Source: a virus (taxonomy: Duplodnaviria > Caudoviricetes). Taken from it: 64,000 nucleotides of DNA. The translations under genes and the position numbers were made by a program. The notes under the pieces were generated by a model, which was given only the letters and a program-made list of their open reading frames with translations, was not told where the DNA came from and ran no database searches. Position 1 is the first letter of the stretch. Every line of letters starts with the position of its first letter. This document shows, in pieces, positions 57,868 through 64,000 of the stretch. The stretch spans positions 64,001-128,000 of IMG/VR virus record IMGVR_UViG_3300031555_001441; one strand, given 5' to 3'.

Positions 57868-58841
57868 CGATTATTTCTCCTTCCTTCTTTCTTGAATGTG
57901 TCTACTAAGCGTCGAATACTTGCTTTATCCGCCTCGGTTATATTATCTTTTTCTTTCTTCATGAATACAGTTAGTAAATACACACGATCTGTATTCAAGA
58001 AACTTACATATATAACTCTGCCACTGCGACTCTTACTACGCCCTTCGACCCTCATGCGAATCTTACGAGCTCCATTTGTGTCTATTATTAGATCTCCTGC
58101 AGTCTCGGGATCTTTGAGTATATCATTCTCAAGAGCACGTAACACATCGTCTGAAAGTCCAAGGTATTGCCAAGCAGCAGTAAACGCAGGTGCTTCTATA
58201 AACATCTTTGATGATTCATTACATTCTATAACGATTTGTTGGTTTGATCTGATGCTTCGAGTATTGTGTGCTACAATCAACTTACCTCTACGTGTAGCAT
58301 CAGGGAACACTTCTCTTATTTCGTCAAGATATCCTTCAGTCTTTCTATTCAGTTGATAGCCAGCCTTTGTCGGACCTTCGTTGCCTTCGCCTGTTCCTTC
58401 ATATACAGTAATGTAGACCGTGCCACTTGGTTTAACAAGTTTCTTAATATTCTGAAGGACATTCTGTCTGACTTCAGGTTCTTTGATAACATTAAGGACG
58501 TTAGAACATGTAGCCGTATCTGCACCATTGTGTTCTTTCACAAGTCGTATAACTTCCTTATTGTGGTCAGCTGTCCTATTATACGGATCATATACAAGAT
58601 TGACGACATCATACTGTACTAGATATTCAGCTGCCGTATCTGCACGGCCACCACCATAATCTAGGTTGATTGTTCCCGGTTCCCAGTTCTTTACAAGCCG
58701 AAAAACTGCAGGTACTTTGCTGAAATTTATAGATGTATTTTCAGATGTAAACTCTTGGTCGATTTCTTTTATATCATCTTCATACTGCTCAAATGATGTG
58801 TCTTCTTGAGCAGCAACTATTCGTTTATGTTTTATTCGCAT
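57864..58841 (-). CDS. Class I SAM methyltransferase-like domain fused to a RelE/HigB2-like domain
   Basis: NLDYGGG, VYDPYN, CSNVLNVI; then GDLIIDTNGARKIR...RVIY...YLLTVFMKKEKDNIT. Confidence 0.75.
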   Translation of the reverse strand: MRIKHKRIVAAQEDTSFEQYEDDIKEIDQEFTSENTSINFSKVPAVFRLVKNWEPGTINLDYGGGRADTAAEYLVQYDVVNLVYDPYNRTADHNKEVIRLVKEHNGADTATCSNVLNVIKEPEVRQNVLQNIKKLVKPSGTVYITVYEGTGEGNEGPTKAGYQLNRKTEGYLDEIREVFPDATRRGKLIVAHNTRSIRSNQQIVIECNESSKMFIEAPAFTAAWQYLGLSDDVLRALENDILKDPETAGDLIIDTNGARKIRMRVEGRSKSRSGRVIYVSFLNTDRVYLLTVFMKKEKDNITEADKASIRRLVDTFKKEGRRNNR

Positions 58842-58843
58842 TC

Positions 58844-59038
58844 TTATTTCTCCGTTTCTTTTGTAGCTGCCCGTCTGATTTCTCGAATTTCATGTTTGTG
58901 TTTACCTTCAAGATAACAAGCATACGAACAATAATGAACTATACTGTGATCAAACTTCAACTTATATACATTGAATCGAGGTTTTATGAATTTCTTCTGA
59001 CAGATCGGGCACACCCATAATCCGTCAGCTGGCTTCAT
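58844..59038 (-). CDS. Small zinc-finger protein
   Basis: CPICQKKF...YCSYAC. Confidence 0.65.
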   Translation of the reverse strand: MKPADGLWVCPICQKKFIKPRFNVYKLKFDHSIVHYCSYACYLEGKHKHEIREIRRAATKETEK

Positions 59039-59424
59039 CTGTCCTGTACCTCAGTCACAATCCATTTCAGAATCTGATCTGATTCATGCTCGCAGAGCGG
59101 ACAAATTCCGGATATCTTCTTGACATCTTGATCACTCTTTATAACAGCAGATATGAAGATACCATGACATCTATCACATTCTGCTATGTAATGATCGGCA
59201 ATGTTGTTATCAATTTCAATCGTCGGATCGTCTTCAGTGATATCGTCTAGTTGATCTTGAATATCTTCGACGTCATCTGAAAGATCATCTATAGCATCAG
59301 CAGCATCTTCATCGTCTTCTAGAACTTCCTCGTCAGTGAGTTCTACATCACCGGTATCCGAGTCACCCCATATATCATCGTCTGCTGCAGTTATAGGTAC
59401 TTTACGATTTGCTGTTATTTTCAT
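59035..59424 (-). CDS. Acidic protein with C-terminal zinc ribbon
   Basis: PITAA motif, acidic tract, CDRC...CPLC. Confidence 0.7.
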   Translation of the reverse strand: MKITANRKVPITAADDDIWGDSDTGDVELTDEEVLEDDEDAADAIDDLSDDVEDIQDQLDDITEDDPTIEIDNNIADHYIAECDRCHGIFISAVIKSDQDVKKISGICPLCEHESDQILKWIVTEVQDR

Positions 59425-59490
59425 ATTACAAACATCTCCTCATATTTTAGTTATATAAATATAGAAGGTTAAACATAAAAGTTATGTAGG

Positions 59491-60348
59491 TTATTTGATA
59501 TAGTTAGTAACTGCAAGCCGATCTGCAAACTGAAGCATATAGACGAGAGGATAGTTTTCATTTGCATAATGAAGATCATTCATTTCGTTATCAGCGACAT
59601 TGTATTCACCCATGTGCCATCTAATGGCAAGACTCTCTTCTTCGTTCAATCTGAAGAATTTCATGACCATCATCAAAGAGGATACGCCATGTCCAAATGG
59701 ATACACTCTGCGCTCTGTCGTTCTGTATGCTATCTGCTGCGACCACACACCTGTTGCATCGTCTTTGACATTCTTCATGTAGGATTCATACAATCCAATT
59801 TTGCACCAGTCGTGCACCAGAGCAAGCAGAATGATATCTTCAATGCATTCTGTAGGAAACAGACCGGTCTCAAACAGTTTAGCTGCTTCTAGAGCAACTC
59901 TCAGAGTGTGATACAATAAGCCGCCGGCTACTGCATCATGATAGATAGTAGATGCGGGCGCATCAAAAAAGTCAGTATTATGCAGCCAATTCAGACATCT
60001 TGTTACCTGCTTCATAGGAACATCTTCAGAATAATAGGGCAGCTCCTGTGCATCTACGTTTCTGTAGGGCTTTTGATATCTGAGAAGTATGCAAGCTGTC
60101 AGGAGATCATCATACAGATCAACTTGAATCCCATGCGAAAGCGGATGTATGCTGTTCATCTTAGAGAAGGACAGTAATCTATATTCAGGACGTTGCTTAA
60201 ATAGTTCAAAATCGGAATCCAAGAAGTGATCATTCAGACTCAAATCTTCTTTGTGTTCTGGATCATATCTAACAACCGTACGGGTATTTGTAGCAAATGC
60301 GATCCAGCCCGTCACATCTTTGTAAAATTTATAGACGAGTTCATTCAT
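59491..60348 (-). CDS. HD-domain phosphohydrolase
   Basis: APASTIYH...GGLLYHTL, LVHDWCK, GHG, AIRWHMG, FAD. Confidence 0.85.
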   Translation of the reverse strand: MNELVYKFYKDVTGWIAFATNTRTVVRYDPEHKEDLSLNDHFLDSDFELFKQRPEYRLLSFSKMNSIHPLSHGIQVDLYDDLLTACILLRYQKPYRNVDAQELPYYSEDVPMKQVTRCLNWLHNTDFFDAPASTIYHDAVAGGLLYHTLRVALEAAKLFETGLFPTECIEDIILLALVHDWCKIGLYESYMKNVKDDATGVWSQQIAYRTTERRVYPFGHGVSSLMMVMKFFRLNEEESLAIRWHMGEYNVADNEMNDLHYANENYPLVYMLQFADRLAVTNYIK

Positions 60349-60718
60349 TGTTGTGTTCCTTATCATCCTTGTCATCATGATGATCATTCATCAATTCATG
60401 TAATGCATTCAAGTCTATCTTTATAGACTGTATATGCATACCATTGGCATCTTGATCATGATCTTCACACAGATCCGAATCTGTATCTGTATCTGAATCG
60501 TCGTCAGATTCGATCTCTTTTTCGTATGCAAATAGTAATGCATTTGAAAAAGAATGCTGAATGTACATCAACGTGCGAGCCTTGAACTCTTCAGGAGCAC
60601 AGTTAACTAACGCGCTTGCTAAACTAGCAGCAATGTGTTCGGCATCTTGCATCAGCGTAGTCAAGCTACCTTTAACTTTACAACTTACAGATTCTTCAGT
60701 GGCGACTATTTCTATCAT
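60341..60718 (-). CDS. Hypothetical protein
   Basis: ORF with AAGGAG RBS. Confidence 0.65.
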   Translation of the reverse strand: MIEIVATEESVSCKVKGSLTTLMQDAEHIAASLASALVNCAPEEFKARTLMYIQHSFSNALLFAYEKEIESDDDSDTDTDSDLCEDHDQDANGMHIQSIKIDLNALHELMNDHHDDKDDKEHNNE

Positions 60719-60905
60719 CTTAATCGATCTCCTTGTATTCAGATTTCATGTATACTGCGATTGCGTCTGCAGTAGACTGATTGTTTGATTTTGGTATGTT
60801 GAGATGTTCACAAAGCTCAGATTCCGGAACTTCAAATATAGCATCTATCATGGAACCTATACTAAGTGTTGAAACAGCATGTTCAAACTGAGTCATGATA
60901 TCACC

Positions 60906-61133
60906 TCACCAGATTCTAGACCCTTGAGTTTCAGCCATCGTTTGATAGGCTTTCAACTCTGCAAGAGTGATGTTGTGTATAACGATTGTAAGTTCTCCGT
61001 CCCGCTTCACAATGTCGTAACGAACTGCTCTGCGTCCCTTACCTGGGCGCTTAAAAGCTGCCCGAGTTGCCTCAGTATAGATATGAGCGTATTGATTCGG
61101 ATAATCGAATACAAACGGTTCTACAAGTTTCAT
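60906..61133 (-). CDS. Hypothetical protein
   Basis: ORF with AGGAGG RBS. Confidence 0.65.
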   Translation of the reverse strand: MKLVEPFVFDYPNQYAHIYTEATRAAFKRPGKGRRAVRYDIVKRDGELTIVIHNITLAELKAYQTMAETQGSRIW

Positions 61134-61144
61134 GTGTTACCTCC

Positions 61145-61591
61145 TTAATATTCGTAATCGTAGTAGTAATCAGCAATGCCGAAAGACACATTCATGCGAT
61201 AGTACTTGCTCTGTTTGCCTTTTTCTTTGATTTTGTTTATGTCGTAGCCGTTGATGGCGAGATAGATCTGTTCCTCAGCAGTGAGTTCTTTGCTTACCAT
61301 TTCGCGTGTTACAGTTGATACTGCATACCAATAATTGCCGCGCTTCACCATTTCTTTTGTAGGATTGTTTGTGTTGCTGACGAGCTTCCATTCGTTGCTG
61401 TAAGGACCTCCAACGCACTTGTGATCGTATTCACGAACTACTACATGTTTCTGATCATAAACTTCGATGACCTCGTATGCGTGTCTATCGCTGTACAGAT
61501 ACTCTGTCATACCTGTACCAACTTTTATCTCTTCGGTGAACATGTGATTTTCTTCTAATCTGTTGTTAAGACTTCCGTACCATTTCTGCAT
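61145..61591 (-). CDS. Hypothetical phage protein
   Basis: VGTGMTEYLYSDRHAYEV; follows promoter-like repeat copy 3. Confidence 0.75.
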   Translation of the reverse strand: MQKWYGSLNNRLEENHMFTEEIKVGTGMTEYLYSDRHAYEVIEVYDQKHVVVREYDHKCVGGPYSNEWKLVSNTNNPTKEMVKRGNYWYAVSTVTREMVSKELTAEEQIYLAINGYDINKIKEKGKQSKYYRMNVSFGIADYYYDYEY

Positions 61592-61610
61592 CTCTGTGAT
61601 CTCCTTGTTT

Positions 61611-61710
61611 TGATTTATTCTACAAGTATATTATAAGTCCATATGATTATATCAGTATTATATATTTATTAAATTTTTATAAATTTTAGAAATCAAAACA
61701 TAGAAAAAGC
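61611..61710 (-). promoter_or_regulatory. Dispersed promoter-like repeat, copy 3
   Basis: Near identity to copies 1 and 2. Confidence 0.75.
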
Positions 61711-61760
61711 GTCTGATGCAAGAACATCAAACGCTCGAAAGAGAGGTATAATAATGAGAA

Positions 61761-62054
61761 TTAAATGCCGTCGTAGTGATCTGTATGATTTGCATCGGAA
61801 GCAATCTTCGTTACAGCTTGATGTGCTCCCGTAGCAGCAAGCCCAGACGCAATACCGCTTGCTATTGATGTCAGGAACGGAATTATTTCAAAAGTTTCCA
61901 TTCCGAAGAAGTATACAATGATACCTAGAACAAATCCAATTATACCACACATGAGGGGTATCCATTTGGTGTTCCATTTTGTAAGTTTATAAAGCTGCCC
62001 ACAGCCGAAAGCTATCGCTGTGATTGCAGGGATAGTTGCAATTCCAAGATTCAT
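61761..62054 (-). CDS. Holin
   Basis: Three hydrophobic segments; KWIPLMCGIIG...GIASGLAATGAHQ. Confidence 0.8.
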   Translation of the reverse strand: MNLGIATIPAITAIAFGCGQLYKLTKWNTKWIPLMCGIIGFVLGIIVYFFGMETFEIIPFLTSIASGIASGLAATGAHQAVTKIASDANHTDHYDGI

Positions 62055-62106
62055 AACACGTACCTCCAAGTTTATATTTATTCAATTATTATATAAGGTC
62101 CTGCTC

Positions 62107-62583
62107 TTAGATGTATTCTTCTATTTCACCTTCATAGTCGAGCATTTTCTTTCTATTGTTTGGAATGGTTCGTATCTCTTTATAAGGGATAGTCCATTTA
62201 GCAATCTTCAGTATGTTAAGAGATTTGATACCTTGATCTTCAAGAGCTTTGATATCTTCTATATGAAAACAAAATGCACGTTTGTAGTATGTGAATAGAA
62301 CAATGACCAAACCATACACATGCGCTATTTTCGACTTCTCAAGAAGTTTATCGTGCTGAGAGTCAGATATCATTGAAAAGTCAAACCGATCTTTTTCAGT
62401 TTCTTTACTCTCAATGTAGTACTCATTTGGACTTTTAAATACTTTGAAATCGGCAGGATTTCGGCTGACTTGATAATATCCTGACATCTGTGCGTACAGC
62501 CGGTCAGTTGAATATCCGTCTTGCGGACGATCTAACCATTTCCTTATTTGAGTTTCAGCATCTGTTCCTGTACGGTCATTCAT
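62107..62583 (-). CDS. recU: RecU-like Holliday junction resolvase
   Basis: PADF...YIESKETEKDRFDFSMISDSQ...GLVIVLF. Confidence 0.75.
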   Translation of the reverse strand: MNDRTGTDAETQIRKWLDRPQDGYSTDRLYAQMSGYYQVSRNPADFKVFKSPNEYYIESKETEKDRFDFSMISDSQHDKLLEKSKIAHVYGLVIVLFTYYKRAFCFHIEDIKALEDQGIKSLNILKIAKWTIPYKEIRTIPNNRKKMLDYEGEIEEYI

Positions 62584-62599
62584 TATAGTTACTTATACC

Positions 62600-62863
62600 T
62601 CATCCAAGATATTCATAGTCACTGTATTCATCCTTTTCATAGAGTCTGCGAACTTGTTTGAGAAGACTCATTCGTGAAGCTTCTACATGTGATGCTAGAT
62701 CGTTACATATCTCGTCCATAGGATCTCTGTGATTGTAACCAGCGTTAAGATCATTTATCTCCTCATACAGAGCTTCAAGCTTTGCAGCTATCTTATCAAG
62801 ATCATAAAGTTCATCGGCAACTTCCTGATCCTCAGGCATTGATGCTTTAACATACTTTTTCAT
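62600..62863 (-). CDS. Hypothetical protein (MKKYVKAS N-terminus)
   Basis: ORF track. Confidence 0.65.
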   Translation of the reverse strand: MKKYVKASMPEDQEVADELYDLDKIAAKLEALYEEINDLNAGYNHRDPMDEICNDLASHVEASRMSLLKQVRRLYEKDEYSDYEYLG

Positions 62864-62881
62864 ATTAACTTAAGTTCCTTT

Positions 62882-63193
62882 CTACATTCTTGAATCGCAT
62901 TCGCTCATCAACTCATCTATGTAAGCTTCTGTATCTAGATCCATCTCGACCTCTTTTTTGTCTACTGCATCATATATGTAAAGATTGTCCAGAAATTTAA
63001 ATGTGTTTTCAGGTCCGTCAAAAACTAGATTATCAAAAATAGCATCAGCTTGTCTTATACAGATTTCGTTTGCATTTATAAGTGAACGAGATGCACCTCG
63101 TAGAACAGACTTACCTGTGTAAGGTGATATTGTTCTGATCTCATATCTATATTTATATGGACCATAATTTGCTGTTCTTACGTATTTTTTCAA
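62882..63193 (-). CDS. Hypothetical protein (MKKYVRTA N-terminus)
   Basis: TTG start with GGAGG RBS. Confidence 0.65.
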   Translation of the reverse strand: MKKYVRTANYGPYKYRYEIRTISPYTGKSVLRGASRSLINANEICIRQADAIFDNLVFDGPENTFKFLDNLYIYDAVDKKEVEMDLDTEAYIDELMSECDSRM

Positions 63194-63199
63194 TTAGGA

Positions 63200-63892
63200 T
63201 CAACCCTCCCAGCTATCATCCAATAACGATTCATCCTCATCTTCATCAAATCCGGTGTAAGAATCGAACCACTTCCACGCAGACTCTGCACTGTCAGCAG
63301 TCCAATCTGCATAATCTTCATCCGGTGGATACAGATCAGGATCGCCAAACATGCAGATCCAAAGGTCTTCATCTTTCTTCTTATACATCGTGTAATCTGT
63401 CAAGAAGCCGTCTGCATCAGGAACTGTCTTATGCGCAACTTCTTCCCAATCATCGTAGTTAGATTCATGGACGTCTATTCCGTTCCAATCATAAGCAGAT
63501 TCAATAGTGTCGTCTTTTGTATTTCCGAATTCTTGTTTGAGATATCCGACTATATAATCAACGTCATCATCAATCGTATCAACGCTCTTAGACAGATCTT
63601 TGAATGGAATATCGACAACGTGAACTTGTTCCTTATCGGGAACAGATACCGTTACGAAATCTTTGCGCTGTTCCCAACTGAAATCGTTCATGAAATCCTT
63701 CACAGCAGCACTGACCTTTTTCTTCAGTTCACTGAAATAGTTATCGTCATTTGCGCTTGCTACAGGTTCAACTCCGATGTTAGCTGTGTTAGTTGCGGAT
63801 TCAACAGCTTCATCAATTGTACCGCCGAGTTCTATTATCTTATTTTCAACAGCATCTTTGAACTGTTCAGGAGTTCCAAAATTCTTTTTCAT
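63200..63892 (-). CDS. Acidic hypothetical protein
   Basis: 230-aa ORF with AVESA, PVASA and TIESA motifs. Confidence 0.7.
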   Translation of the reverse strand: MKKNFGTPEQFKDAVENKIIELGGTIDEAVESATNTANIGVEPVASANDDNYFSELKKKVSAAVKDFMNDFSWEQRKDFVTVSVPDKEQVHVVDIPFKDLSKSVDTIDDDVDYIVGYLKQEFGNTKDDTIESAYDWNGIDVHESNYDDWEEVAHKTVPDADGFLTDYTMYKKKDEDLWICMFGDPDLYPPDEDYADWTADSAESAWKWFDSYTGFDEDEDESLLDDSWEG

Positions 63893-64000
63893 TATGAATT
63901 GTACCTCATTCCGTTATAACATTTGCAATTCTTTGCGTGAATTCATTCAGACCTGATCTGAGTTGCGCAATTATTTCTTCTGCGGCACTCTGAGATTCAC

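Overview
A 64-kb segment of a large tailed phage genome. The GGAGG-type RBSs, RecU, ThyX and a VUT transporter suggest a Firmicutes host (inference). Nearly all genes are on the minus strand in the standard code. It contains: (1) a replication module with a DnaX-like clamp loader carrying an intein, a Cas4-like nuclease, a DnaN-like clamp, a family A polymerase split by a 398-nt group I intron, SSB, primase, DnaB helicase and a helicase loader; (2) an iteron-like origin candidate next to the only clear plus-strand gene, a sigma-like factor; (3) a preQ1-riboswitch-like leader, VUT transporter and amidase cassette; (4) a tail-fibre/receptor-binding cluster with 24-aa repeats; (5) ThyX and an NAD-dependent ligase; (6) a ~6-kb RNA island with six canonical tRNAs, several tRNA-like RNAs with replaced anticodon domains, a three-copy ~110-nt RNA family and a ~1.15-kb structured RNA; (7) Rad50-like, UvrD-like, methyltransferase-RelE fusion, HD, holin and RecU genes. 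The main surprises are a zinc-finger/Vsr-like endonuclease encoded entirely in a second reading frame inside the intein (missed by the ORF track) and the non-coding RNA island. All calls come from manual reading; no database or folding searches were run.
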